A stretch of DNA of 63,908 nt, the filler included, from Octopus bimaculoides (Eukaryota): NCBI RefSeq assembly GCF_001194135.2. It is 6 parts of 6 records of this genome, joined end to end, with 100 filler letters (N's around TTAATTAATTAA, not from the genome) between each part and the next. Parts side by side here need not be neighbours in the genome. Positions count along the whole stretch, not along the records: positions 9,101 to 20,947 come from NC_068999.1; positions 21,048 to 43,986 come from NC_068984.1; 4 more parts are not named here. One strand, given 5' to 3'. This document shows, one piece after another, positions 10,345 to 23,457 of the stretch. Position 1 is the first letter of the stretch; every line of letters begins with the position of its first letter. A program made the position numbers and the translations under genes. The notes beneath the pieces are model-generated. The model ran no database searches, was not told where the DNA came from, and was given only the letters and a program-made list of their open reading frames with translations.

Positions 10345-10560
10345 TCATCATCATCGTTCATCACTTAACGTACGTTGTCCATGATGGCATGGGCTGGACG
10401 GTTTGACCACGGCTGGCAAGGTGGAATGCTGCACAAGTCTGCAGTCTGATTTAGCATGGTTTCTAAAGCTGGATGCCCTTCGTAACGTCATTCACTCCGA
10501 GCGTCTAATCTGTGCTTTTACGTGCCACCGGAAAGGGTACTATTTGTGCCACACCAGTAT
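10345..10560 (-). mobile_element. Second copy of the RTE-tailed retroposon
   Basis: catcatcatcg...ccatgatggcatgggctggacggtttgac...gctggatgcccttcgtaacg...gtgcttttacgtgccacc, matching 5857-6092. Confidence 0.65.
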
Positions 10561-11273
10561 CTGTCGCGACTGCGATATCACTTGGCTTGATCAGACTTCT
10601 TTTCAGGCATAATGCCAAAATTTGTATATATGTGCGTATGTATATATGTATAAAGTTAAGCACGAAACGAATAATAACAGTGGCAACTGAACTCCGTTAA
10701 AAAATGCCATCAGTTCTGCAAACACTGCAAGCCCAATTTACACCAAATATATGAACAAATTAGACTAACAAAACCATAAAATGAAAGGAGAACAAATATT
10801 TTATAAGAACAATGTAAAATTATATTTCTTTGAAAAATTGTTTCGTTCCCATGGTGATAAATATATTTATATTGAAGTCAAAGGACATCATTTATATTTA
10901 TTAATCATTTTCGTAGGATATTATTTTTCCTCTCTAGACGTTTATGCATGAACTTCTTTTTAACCATTTCCCCGCTGTATAACAAAGCAAATAATGAAAA
11001 GAAATAATGCGAAATAAAAAAAAAATGTGCACAAAATAAAGAAACTGTAAGAAGGCCTAAATTAAGTCTTAAACTGTTTGTGGCGGTCAGTATATACTAT
11101 GTATATTCTGCAGACTCTTTAAAGTTTAAATGTGGTTAAGTGAAGTGGAAAATTAAACAGTGTCTGAGACACCTACTTGTCTTCATTTTGCCGTTTGCTT
11201 TATTTTGAATTACGCAAAAAAGAAATTTGTATACGTGTATATGTCTATACGTATACATTCACTCATATACATA

Positions 11274-11317
<44 letters not shown>

Positions 11318-11937
11318 TATAAACACACTCAAATATATTTATATATGCGTGTGAGTGACCAGACGTTTACACACATACACATTCGGACCCGCACACATGT
11401 AATCGTAATTCATTCGGTGCAGCGACTTACACTGAACTTCTCCATTGCGGTACTATCAATATTCAAACCACGTATAATATATAGAAAAGTGACAAATATA
11501 TATAAATTTAAATAACTCGCTGTTTATTTAGAAAAAAGAAGGAATTTGGTCATGTCAGCACACACAAATAACAGGCCAATAGCCACATTGGTTAAATCAG
11601 TGTGTGCTTTGAGCTATTTCTACCTTATCTACCTCAACATCTATTTTGCCATAGCTACCAAACGAATGAGAACTGCCTACCTTTCTCGACTAATGGAAAG
11701 CGATTGATTGACTGATATGGCCTAGGCGACAAAGCCATAATGGTATCCGTCAAGCTGGTATGGTATTTTATTTTGTATGTGTTGCTGACCGTGAACCATT
11801 CGTATCTGTGTTCTCGCGGTTGAAACGTCAACATTCAGTGGCATTGCAGTTTTGCAGTTTTGCAGTGTTAAACCTTTTTAGGTTTAACTGGTTTCTTAGT
11901 TTATGATGGTTTTTCTGTTTATATTATAACATATATT

Positions 11938-12150
11938 AAGGCAGTGAGCTGGCATGATCGTTAGCATGCTGGACGAAGTGTTTAGGGGTATTTCCCCCGT
12001 TCCTACCTTCTGAGTTCAAATTCCGCCGAGGTCAACTTTGCCTGTCACTTTTTTGGGGTCCATAAATTAAGGACTTGTTAAACACTGGGGTCGATGTAAT
12101 CGACTCATCCCCACCACAAAAATACTGCCCTTGTGGAAAAATTTGAAACC
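11938..12150 (+). mobile_element. tRNA-derived SINE (family B)
   Basis: aggcagtgagctggcatgatcgttagc (A-box-like), gagttcaaattcc (B box), gccgaggtcaactttgcct...ggggtcgatgtaatcgact. Confidence 0.8.
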
Positions 12151-12387
12151 ATTATAACATATATTCAAATTGTGTGGTTGTCATTCGTTGAGATTCTAAT
12201 CCTCGTAATGGTTATAATTTATATAGGGTATTATAATTCCGATAGGGTTCGCTGCATATACATGTGTGACATGTACTAAGCAATTAAAAGAATATCTGAT
12301 GAATTATATTATTATATTGCCGTTGTATCCGCTGTTTAGCCCCAGATCAAACATAACCGAGCAAATCTTCTATTCTCTCTTAATCTT

Positions 12388-12811
12388 TTACTTGTTTCAG
12401 TCATTTGACTGTGGCCATGCTGGAGCACCACCTTTACTCGAGCAAATCGACCCCAGGACTTATTCTTTGGAAGCCTAGTACTTATTATATCGGTGCCTTT
12501 TGCCGAACCGCTAAGTTACGGGGACGTAAACACACCAGCATCGGTTGTCAAGCGATATTGGAGGGACAAACACAGACACACAAATATATAGACACACATA
12601 AACATACACATATGCATATATACACACAGATACACATACACATATACATATATATATACATATACACATATACGACGGGCTTCTTTCAGTTTCCGTCTCC
12701 CAAATCCACTCGGAAGGCTTTGGTCGGCCCGAGGCTATAGTAGAAGACGCTTGCCCAAGGTGCCACGCAGTGAGAATGAACCCGGAACCATGTGGTTGAT
12801 AAGCAAGCTAC
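12388..12811 (-). mobile_element. tRNA-derived SINE (family A), near full length
   Basis: Tail ttttacttgtttcagtcatttgactg, body gccgaaccgctaag, internal (CA)/(TA) linker, CORE-like cttgcccaaggtgccacgcag and head gaacccggaaccatgtggttg. Confidence 0.92.
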
Positions 12812-13222
12812 ATGAATGCTATACATTTTTTTTTCTGAATAACGAGAACAAATGCATGTGTATAATTCCCTTTTCTTTAAGCACTGGAGAATATTGAACA
12901 AGATTTAGCTACTATTTCTAGCATTTAAAATAACCGTGCAGATATTCTCGTAGAAGATCTCACAAGTTATTGCTTGTGGCCAAAGTAGTTACGAGCAGAA
13001 ACGAGCAATAAAACGAAACAAAGACCACAGAACAAGGCCAAGACAAAATAAAAGAACTTCCACAACAATTTTCCTTTATAATGAACAATATTGACAAAGA
13101 GAGTCATTTAATGTATTAACTGTTATGTATTCTAGCTATTGAGCAATTTCTTGAAATATATCAAAGAACCGCACCAAAATTGGTTCCAAAAATTGGGTAC
13201 AATCTTTGGGCAGTATTACCTT

Positions 13223-13255
13223 CTATTATTATTATCATTATTATTGTTGTTGTTG

Positions 13256-13331
<76 letters not shown>

Positions 13332-13337
13332 TATTAT
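13223..13337. repeat. (TTA)n with embedded (TTG)n
   Basis: Direct inspection. Confidence 0.95.
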
Positions 13338-13786
13338 TCCCTCGTATTTCATGTAATTCCTTTGGCGGCTTCTAAATTTAAATTTTGTGACCTGATCTCC
13401 TCGTTTCGGGATTTAATAGGGAGAATATTATTATTTTCGTTCTTTTTTTTTATTGCTTCGTTTCATTTTGATGTTGTCTTCTTTTGTTTTGTGTTTTTTG
13501 TGAGTTATTGTTGTTTAACGTTTTTTTTGGGGGTTTGTTTGTTTCGTTCTTTTTTGTTTGTTTTCGTTATTTTCTCTGTTCAATACTCTTCCATGCATGG
13601 ATTCATACACCGGAAATTAGGTGAAAGGTCCAAAACCCAGCTTTAGTGTTATTGTTCATACCAAGGATAACTATTCTACTATTTCCTTTCGTCTTTTTGC
13701 CGTATACTAAGACTGATTAGTCCGGGAGTTCAGTCTTCTGAAGCATAAAATAGTGACATTTCTACCAAGAAAATCACCCCGTCACA

Positions 13787-13817
<31 letters not shown>

Positions 13818-14181
13818 AAGAGTCTCTGTACCTTCCTCTATTTCACACACACATATACACTCACACACTCACACATACACACAAACATCTTCCTTTCCAG
13901 TTGACGTATACTTCCATACCCAACCACTTCAGTTTTATATTGTCTGCCTGTAATACTCTGCCAAATTTCTTAGAAAATAATCCACCCATTTGCTCATAGC
14001 CATTCATTTTATTTCATAGTCCCCTTGTGCCGTTCTTTTCTTTATCAAATAGTAGCTTAATTTATTGAGCTGCTCTTTTCTTCTTACTAATTCTTCACGG
14101 TCTTTCTTTTCCCTCTTTAATATGTATTCGTGTACTTTTCCATCTCTTTCGTTCATTACCACTATTTTCTCTCCATCTTCT

Positions 14182-14219
<38 letters not shown>

Positions 14220-15422
14220 TTCTGACACTTGCTCTCTTTTTTCCCTATCTCTCTTGATCTCGTCTTCATCATTCTCTCTCTTCTTTCTTGCGTCCATTCT
14301 ATATCTCAATCTCTATTTCTTTATCGCATTCTCTCTTCATTTAGCTCTCTCTTGTCCGTTCTACTTTGATTTAAATTGCTCACATTTTGATTGACAACGA
14401 GTGATACCAATTCCGGTTTGCTTCTGTGAAGTTGAGTCTTTGATGGTATTCTCACTTTCCGCCTTATTTTTAATGAAAGCAGTTGCCACACCATAGCACA
14501 CCATATTTTCGTACAACTAGCTATAGCTACGCGAGGACTAATTAAGCCCACAAGGTGAATACCTCAAAAATCTTAAAGACCGAAAACTTTTTAATAATAA
14601 TATCAGCAATAATGAGATGATTAACCAAGATTAATTAATTATTCTATTTTATTGTCTGTTAATCTGTTTTCGTTCTTTTGGTTCGGTTAATTTCCCTTCC
14701 TGTCTGATCTTACCATCCAGTTGGTTGCACAAATCTTAAATGACTGTCTGTTATATGTATTTTCCATACAAAAGAATGATATTCTCTTTTGCTCAGAAGT
14801 TCTCAAATAGAAAGAAAAGAAAGCTTTTACACAAGATTAGCTGTTGGTCACTGATCAACAATAATTTTTGTCTTTTGTATTTCATATTAAGCAAAATTCT
14901 CACTTGCGAAACACCGAATCATCTTAGTAATATTAGCACATTTAATTTTATTAGGTTCTTTGTTGTGTGTATGTGTCTTATACAGCAAGAGGTAAATTGT
15001 TAGTCAAATCCAAATTCACAAAACGGTTTCGCGTCTTTGTTGATTCCAATTCGATTCCATTATATTATTAATATTGGTGTGGAAAGCCTTAAATGACATA
15101 CGACGCTTTATTTATATTTTTCTTTGTCATAAGATTAAGACATTGCTACCTGAAGAAGAAACTACTAACAACATAAGTAAATTTTTTCGTGTATTATATC
15201 CTTGTACCATTTACTTGTCTCAGTCATCGAACTTCGGCCAGCAAAGGTACCATCGTGAAGTGTTTAGTCGATCAATACGACACCAACACTTACCGTTTTA
15301 CTTTTTAATCTCGTGCTTATACTATAGGTCTTTTGCTTAAATAGTATGTTATGCGGATGTAAACAAACCAAAACTGGTTGACATGCAGTGTTGGAAAACA
15401 AACACAAACACAAAGGCAAAAC

Positions 15423-15613
15423 GCTGAAAAGTTCCTGGCTTTGGGTAAAAGAAAATACAGGAGGATCAGTTAATTATGATTTTATTCAGCATATTCCCCT
15501 CTCAGATTCACACACTTATAGCAGCCGTCCTTCAATTTTTCTCGGTAAGTTGAGGCTCTAGCCAGGCTTTTCGTGCTACGCTTAATGCCAGGAACTTTTC
15601 AGTACTCCTTCGT
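15423..15613 (-). mobile_element. Mariner-derived MITE, copy 1
   Basis: TIRs gctgaaaagttcctggcttt / aatgccaggaacttttcagt. The minus strand keeps the mariner C-terminus CYKCVNLRGEYAE*. Confidence 0.85.
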
Positions 15614-16224
15614 GGACCTAATTATTCTGCTTCCAGCCATACTGTCATGTATATCCTTCATTTATTTAATTGGATTTAGCTTAATCAGAGGAAGAAATTC
15701 AGTGCCTTTCGCTCTTTTCATTGTGTCGGGAACTGGAGGGAAGATGCAAGAAGTTATCTGCATATTAGTCAGCTGACACCACAATATGCAATGCAGCGAA
15801 GTCCGCTGAAAGAATTATAGATCAGAATGGATTTTTGGTAAACCAGTCGACGGATTAAGACTGATATCGAAAGTAAAGAAGTTAGCTTATGATTTTTTTG
15901 ATAAATATAGAGCGTAATTCTAAAAGATTTGGGGAACACATGAAGGCTTCATTTTCTGAAATATCGGTGGTTACTTTCCTAAATTCACAGATAAATTGCG
16001 AAGATGGCACAATACACTGGTTGCTCAATGTCTTAATTCATCTTCCTCAGCAGCAGCACTTTTCTTCATATGAAAATTGAGCCGGTGCAGTGTGACAAAT
16101 TTTCAAGTATTGCAATCGACAACAAGTCGAATATGGGTGAATAATTTTTTGCTTCAATAAATACTTTTCTGACAAAATAATGTTTTTTCATTAGTGCTCT
16201 CTTTCCTCGTCGTCTTATTATTTA

Positions 16225-16320
16225 TTTTATCGACCCTGAAAGGATGAAGGACAATGTCGGCGGAATGCGAACTCGAAGCGTAAAGACGGTCGAAATGCCG
16301 ATGAGCATTTTACCGAGGGT
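16225..16320 (-). mobile_element. SINE family B fragment
   Basis: ttttatcgaccctgaaaggatgaagg...ggcggaatgcgaactc is the reverse complement of the family B head and central domain. Confidence 0.65.
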
Positions 16321-16492
16321 GTTAACACTTGTAACAGGTTAATGCTTTAGAAGAGAGTATTAATATTAATATTTTTTGGTGATATATTTTGTTTTCAACA
16401 TAATTGCATTATCATCAAAGTACATTTCTTCTTTTATACGTGTATATACACACAGACATTTCCATGTATACCCCCACACACACGCACACACG

Positions 16493-16579
<87 letters not shown>

Positions 16580-17062
16580 TTGTGTATAATACGCATAGAT
16601 ACACCTATCGATTTATACATATACATCCTCATGGACGCATACATACATACATACATACATACATACATACATACATTCATACATACATACACACAAACAG
16701 ATTTCTTACACAGCGTCTTATTTCCACCTGACCAGTTACAAAATATTAAGTATTTATTGTTCTTAATTTTTCTCTCTGCTAGAATTCTTTTCTTGTTTAT
16801 GCTTTGACTATCAATGCGGAGATAAGTTTTATTTATGATTTGAATTTTTTTTCTTTTTTTTTTTTCTCTTCTTCACCTTCTAAATACAGACTCATCATTG
16901 TACTCCTTTCGCAACGCTATTTAGAGATCTACATCAACAGAACAAATGAGAAGTCATCGTAGTGATACCTCAACATAGAATGTCTATGCATACATATATA
17001 CATACATACATACATACATACATACATGCATGCATGCATACATACATAGATACACACACATG

Positions 17063-17128
<66 letters not shown>

Positions 17129-17954
17129 NNNNNNNNNNNNNNNNNNNNNNNNNNNNNNNNNNNNNNNNNNNNNNNNNNNNNNNNNNNNNNNNNNNNNNNN
17201 NNNNNNNNNNNNNNNNNNNNNNNNNNNNNNNNNNNNNNNNNNNNNNNNNNNNNNNNNNNNNNNNNNNNNNNNNNNNNNNNNNNNNNNNNNNNNNNNNNNN
17301 NNNNNNNNNNNNNNNNNNNNNNNNNNNNNNNNNNNNNNNNNNNNNNNNNNNNNNNNNNNNNNNNNNNNNNNNNNNNNNNNNNNNNNNNNNNNNNNNNNNN
17401 NNNNNNNNNNNNNNNNNNNNNNNNNNNNNNNNNNNNNNNNNNNNNNNNNNNNNNNNNNNNNNNNNNNNNNNNNNNNNNNNNNNNNNNNNNNNNNNNNNNN
17501 NNNNNNNNNNNNNNNNNNNNNNNNNNNNNNNNNNNNNNNNNNNNNNNNNNNNNNNNNNNNNNNNNNNNNNNNNNNNNNNNNNNNNNNNNNNNNNNNNNNN
17601 NNNNNNNNNNNNNNNNNNNNNNNNNNNNNNNNNNNNNNNNNNNNNNNNNNNNNNNNNNNNNNNNNNNNNNNNNNNNNNNNNNNNNNNNNNNNNNNNNNNN
17701 NNNNNNNNNNNNNNNNNNNNNNNNNNNNNNNNNNNNNNNNNNNNNNNNNNNNNNNNNNNNNNNNNNNNNNNNNNNNNNNNNNNNNNNNNNNNNNNNNNNN
17801 NNNNNNNNNNNNNNNNNNNNNNNNNNNNNNNNNNNNNNNNNNNNNNNNNNNNNNNNNNNNNNNNNNNNNNNNNNNNNNNNNNNNNNNNNNNNNNNNNNNN
17901 NNNNNNNNNNNNNNNNNNNNNNNNNNNNNNNNNNNNNNNNNNNNNNNNNNNNNN

Positions 17955-17993
<39 letters not shown>

Positions 17994-20544
17994 GTATGTA
18001 TATACATAATCTAATAAATACAATATATGTTTTCATTGTTTTCATGTACTACTATTAGTTTCATGTGCTGAGAGCATGCCTAGCAATATTTTAACACATC
18101 TAGTGCCCTAGCACAATCATCAGGCACTGCTTACATTGCATACATAGCTAAAAGCATATATTCTGTTTATTAAATAATATATAACTCCTACAAAATTGAT
18201 TTTTGTTGATATTACCATCACAGAACAGTGATAGACAAAAGTAATGGGTTGTATATAATAGACAAAAATAATGGGTTGTATACATATACCGTAGGCTTGA
18301 ATCTGTTTCAAATGTGCGCAGAAATCTTGGATTACACATGGATTACTAACCCCTTATGAATCCTTTTTTGTATATGCTCGTATATTTATGATTTCATCCA
18401 TTGAAAGCGAATATAGTACTGTTTTGCCCTGTCATATACAAGAAGATATGCTAATGTACTTATGCAGACTTTACCATCCGGCGTGAAAACATTTCATTTA
18501 TAATTATCACTGAGAATTTTGTTAAAACAAAACTACAAGATATTAAGTAATATATACACGTTTTTATATAACGGTATTCGACAGACGCGCTGCTCCAGGA
18601 TGGCCTCCGTCGAATCGATTAAGACAACGTGATTTTGCAGTGTTATGCGCTCCCATAGTTGAATACTATATATTTTGTGCAAGAATGAAATGAGAACAAT
18701 TCGATGTTTGTGGTATTTTCTAGATGGAAGTAGACCATGATTGGATTAACATACCTCTGGCAGCTAACGATAAAGTAGAGCGTGTCAAATACTATACTTA
18801 ATCTTTGTTTACGTAGAGACATCAATATATAAATAAATATGTACATATTTGTATATACATACACACACACACACATACATACATACATACATACATACAC
18901 ACACACATATATATATATACACACATGAACTCAGATATATATACTCAAACACACACATACACACAAACACGTATGTAAGAATACCAAACTTCGTAAAAAG
19001 TGTACAACTGTTTATAACTTATATATGTGTATATATANNNNNNNNNNNNNNNNNNNNNNNNNNNNNNNNNNNNNNNNNNNNNNNNNNNNNNNNNNNNNNN
19101 NNNNNNNNNNNNNNNNNNNNNNNNNNNNNNNNNNNNNNNNNNNNNNNNNNNNNNNNNNNNNNNNNNNNNNNNNNNNNNNNNNNNNNNNNNNNNNNNNNNN
19201 ACACACACACATATATATATATACATATATACATATGTATATAGGGAGTGAAAAAGAGAGAGGGCGAGGAAGAGAGTGAGAGAGAGCGAGAGCCATATAT
19301 TGAATTATCGGCTGAGCTACTATTAGCCGGTGATGTCGTCAGTCATTGCACACAGATCATTTCCACGTAGTACGAGGAGCCGAAATGCAAGATTTCGTAC
19401 CTAAAATACACGTTCAAATACAAGTGATATTGCTTTATATGTTCAAAAACAAACCCATATATATTACTGATTTTTGAATACGTCTATATTGATACATCTA
19501 CAGCTTAATGTATTTCTATATCTGTGTAATTGTCTGCCTGCCAAAACCATCAGTACATACACACCCACATACAATCGTACATACATACATACATATATAT
19601 ATCTCAAAGACGGAAACTTGTATCTTTGTTGGAAACCGGTTTCCTCCTCAGCGGAAGACTTATAATAATAAAAAAAAATAGAAGAGACATACATATATAC
19701 ATACATATGTGTACGTGTGTATAAATACAAATAAATATACGTCCATATTTTCGCGTAATCAAAAAGTCTAGAAGGGTAATCTTTTGCATACTTGCTAGAC
19801 ATGATCTGTTGTTTCGATTTAAAGACGCAATCTCATCCTTGCGGTACTCATCAGTGCTAGTTCCATCAACGTACTTTGTTATGTTTTCAGTCGAAAGTAC
19901 TTCTCGCTGCTGACACTGAGCTATGTTACAATGGCATCAGAATTCCTTTGGTCTATCTATTTTTCTCTTAAAACAATACTTATTAAAAGCAATTGATCTG
20001 CAGTACATGAAATGGCAGTTACATAAATTGTGCGAAGTTTAGGTTTAATATTAGTGAATAATTGACTTTTAGGAATATATATTTGAAGACAAATATATAT
20101 AAACGAAATTTGTTTAGCGGAGTTCAAACAAAAAGTTTTACAAACAAGGTCTTATTTTTTTTATTTATGTATTTTCTTTGATCTTTGAAAAGAAATCTAA
20201 CTTTGAGCTAGCTTTTGCAGATCACTTTTTATTCTCTGTTTTCTAAACCCGAGAAAAGTAAGTAAGGGTTCCAATTTTGATTTTGTACCCCACAAAAATT
20301 CTAGTGGGTGCACTTGCACCCCCTGCACTCCTTATTCCCAAGCCCATCTCCATTACAACTTCATACCGAAATTCATTCTTAAACTCAAATTACATTCACG
20401 CATCAATCGCAAATAAGTGCAGCCATTTTACATTTCTTTTTTTCCTTACTTTCCATGTCTCTCTTTCAAGCACTCATACTCCGAAAATGATGGGAGTAAA
20501 CATCATTATTTTTGAGGCAGCGATCTGACAGAATCCTCATCACG

Positions 20545-20931
20545 CAGGCGTGGCCGTGTAGTAGGAAGATTGCTTGTCTATCACATGGTTCCTAGTTCAC
20601 TCCCATCGCGTTGAAACTTGGGGAGGTGTTAACCTCGGGTCGGTTAAAGCCTTGTAAGTGGACATAGTAGAGGGGAAACTGAATGAAAGTCGTTGCATGT
20701 GTATATATGTCAATATATATATGTCTATAAGTGTGTGTCTTTGTGTCTGTGTTACTCTCCCTATGATGTTGATGTGTTTCCGTCTCCGTAAATTAGCAGC
20801 TCGTCGAAAGAGCGATACAATAAGTACTAAGCTTGAAAAATATAAAGTACTTGGGTCGATAAATTTGCAGTAGAAATTCTTCCAAGCGCTGCCCCTGAAT
20901 GGCCCTAGTCCAATAGCTGAAACATGTAAAA
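20545..20931 (+). mobile_element. SINE family A, diverged full-length copy
   Basis: gcaggcgtggccgtgtagtagg...cacatggttcctagttcactccc...aaagccttgtaagtgga...ataagtacta...ctgaaacatgtaaaag. Confidence 0.75.
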
Positions 20932-20991
20932 GCCACACAGTATATATNNNNNNNNNNNNNNNNNNNNNNNNNNNNNNNNNNNNNNNNNNNN

Positions 20992-21003
20992 TTAATTAAT
21001 TAA
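20992..21003. other. Assembly linker TTAATTAATTAA
   Basis: Centred in a 100-bp N spacer. Confidence 0.95.
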
Positions 21004-21065
21004 NNNNNNNNNNNNNNNNNNNNNNNNNNNNNNNNNNNNNNNNNNNNTATATATATATATATATA

Positions 21066-21520
21066 TATCTTCGCTCCTTTGCGCCACATGGGTTCAACTC
21101 CCCTCCTTGCTTCATCTGACACCTACTTCCTCTGTTCTTTCATATCCACCTTCTCCCTTCATTGACACCTCTCCATCCACACCTCACCCCACGCTTCCAT
21201 ATGTCAAAGTCACTGGCCCTATCCACATTTACACACTTACACACGCTCACATACACACACGCCCGCGCACCTTCGTTTTGGGATCACCAATACTTTATTA
21301 CCTCCCCTTGTTCCTATCTCTCCTGTTTATCTACCAGTCGCCATGATTGATTGCTAAATCCACAAGTTTTTATTATTTTCTCATTCTCTCTCTCTCTCTG
21401 TTTATTTCCTCGTGTTCCTTTCTGCTGCAGAGCGTAGCCTCGAAACGTAAAAGACTTTCTCACCTTCCCAAGCATCAAACACCTGCTTGTTGTTTATACT
21501 CCTGTGTTCATCTTTTTTTA
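21066..21520 (+). mobile_element. Penelope-like element 3' end with decayed hammerhead-like motif
   Basis: Starts YLRSFAPHGFNS, resembling the PLE GIY-YIG C-terminal LxTLxPxGLN motif. Pyrimidine/CA-rich 3' region, then ctgctgcagagcgtagcctcgaaacgtaaaagac homologous to 7428-7460. Confidence 0.6.
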
Positions 21521-22219
21521 CTGTAAATTTCAACTACACACACACACACACACACACACACATACGCTTTTTCTGGCCTATGCTTATACGTGTGTATACG
21601 TGCAATAATCTTTCTTCCATTATGTAGATATTTTTATAATTGGCTGCATGACTTTTTAAGTGACAGATATCTAACGATTTCACTCGGCTGTGCTTTATTT
21701 GGCAGAACCTCAGCTATGCACACAGCCATGCCGATACCCTAAACTTTCCAGAGAAATTATTGCAATCTATAAGTGGGGTAAGTGAAATAATATGCAATTT
21801 ATCACTAGAAATATGGAAATTTCTTGCAATAAGTCCTCGAGGACTCACCAACCAGCTTACATACGATCTAGAAGGCATCTAATTATACAAGTATTGACCC
21901 GCGATAGAATATGCATGATTATGCATCTTTTTGCGAACACATTACCTATGATGTGCAAATGATTGGTTCGCCAGATCATTCAGTACCAGATAGGAAGGAA
22001 CCTTGACGATTTTGTTTCACATATTTTTCAAAATATTTTCGTCTAAACAAATGTTCACATCTACGAGAGTCAAACAATATTAAAATTTTAGAAGATCTAG
22101 AAGCAAACTAATGACGTTTCAGTAAGAAGATTACCACAAAATACGATTTGAATTGCTAGAAGCGGTGAAAAACATTGAAATGCTGCTATCTGAAGAGAAG
22201 ACAGGAAACAAACATACGG

Positions 22220-22500
22220 TAAATTATGTATGAAAAATCTTTGAAGAACTAACAACGGTCTTAGGTATTGAGATTGATAGAAGTCACGAAGGTTCTCACC
22301 ACTTCATTGTACCGATTGTATTCCACTCTGCAGTGAAAGTCAGCGCCATATATCGTAACACCTTCGGATTTAGCGGTTCAAAATTATTCAAAATCTTGCG
22401 CAAAAAAATTAAGAAACCTGTGTGCAGTTGCGGTAAACGTATTCACGAAGAAGCTAGATATTCAAATACTTGGTACCCCGGATGAATTAGGAGTATGGAA
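22220..22500 (+). mobile_element. CR1-type LINE ORF2 C-terminal fragment
   Basis: YV*KIFEELTTVLGIE, RNTFGFSGSKLFKIL and VNVFTKKLDIQILGTPDE resemble the CR1-clade C-terminus (YVWKI.EG..P / NSF..RGP.LFN.LP / FKRKLDKFL..IPDEP). Confidence 0.6.
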
Positions 22501-22655
22501 AGAAATACAGCTATCGAAGAATAAGGGCATGGAACAGTCTTATTCATCCAAAGCTAATAATTGAAGTAGGGCCGCAAAAACTCCAAAACATTTCATACGA
22601 CGTGTTCTAGCAAAGACTCAGCCCTCGAGGTAGAACTGATAAAAGTATAACAGAA

Positions 22656-22692
<37 letters not shown>

Positions 22693-22985
22693 TTATATTT
22701 ATACTCATATATACATTTATATATATATATCAAACAATAAGCAACACGGATTTCAAAAGTGATTGCAGTACGCACGCTTCATGCTACTTCAATTTATTTA
22801 AGTAATGTGAGCATTACCTTAAATGCAATATGAAGAGCAATCTTCAGCTGCACGAAAAAATGCAGAAAAAAGACATATTACAAATGTGGCAGCATATTAA
22901 AACCAAGTGGGAGAGAGCATACATAAAATCCAAATGTGAGGAAGAATATATAAGTCCATCTTGACATAGCAGGGTCTATCAGGCT

Positions 22986-23106
22986 GTTTGAGTCATTTGA
23001 GTGCAGCCATGCTGGAGCACCGCCTTTAGTCGAGCAAATCGACCTCGGGACATATTCTTTGTAAGCCTAGTATTTATTCTATCGGTCCCTTATGCCGAAC
23101 CACTAA
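22986..23106 (-). mobile_element. SINE family A 3' fragment
   Basis: gtcatttga...gccatgctggagcaccgcctttagtcgagcaaatcgacc...tattctatcggt...gccgaacc. Confidence 0.88.
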
Positions 23107-23400
23107 CCCTACTTCCATTATTAGCTTTGCAACCCTACTTTAATTATTAGCTTTGTATGGATAAGAATGTTCCATGTCCTTAAGATAAGTTTTAAACAGG
23201 CGGGTCAGTTTTTATCGAATTCAAAATAATTAAAGATAGTATTAGAGAGGTAGAATCAGTAAGAGCGACTGAGCAAGTGGAAGAGAAAGGAAGATCACAT
23301 AGATTGAGGAACGAAGTAGCAAACTTTGTTTAGGATATATAGGAAAGTGCAACACAAAATAAACTGGTGTGTATATGTTTATGAAACAGAGGAAAACGTC

Positions 23401-23457
<57 letters not shown>

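Noticed and set aside
11780-11832. tgttg-CUGACCG...aacc/ggtt-GAAACGUC-aaca hammerhead-like relic
   Set aside because: G8/A9 are lost and stem I is out of register. Possibly an old PLE relic, but not supportable as a ribozyme.
13790-14600. Promoter/5' UTR-like CA- and CT-rich stretch
   Set aside because: No linked ORF or convincing splice sites, and indistinguishable from background microsatellites.
14975-14997. 6-nt microexon tatacag|caagag|gtaaat
   Set aside because: Weak donor and poor pyrimidine tract. Expected by chance in 64 kb.
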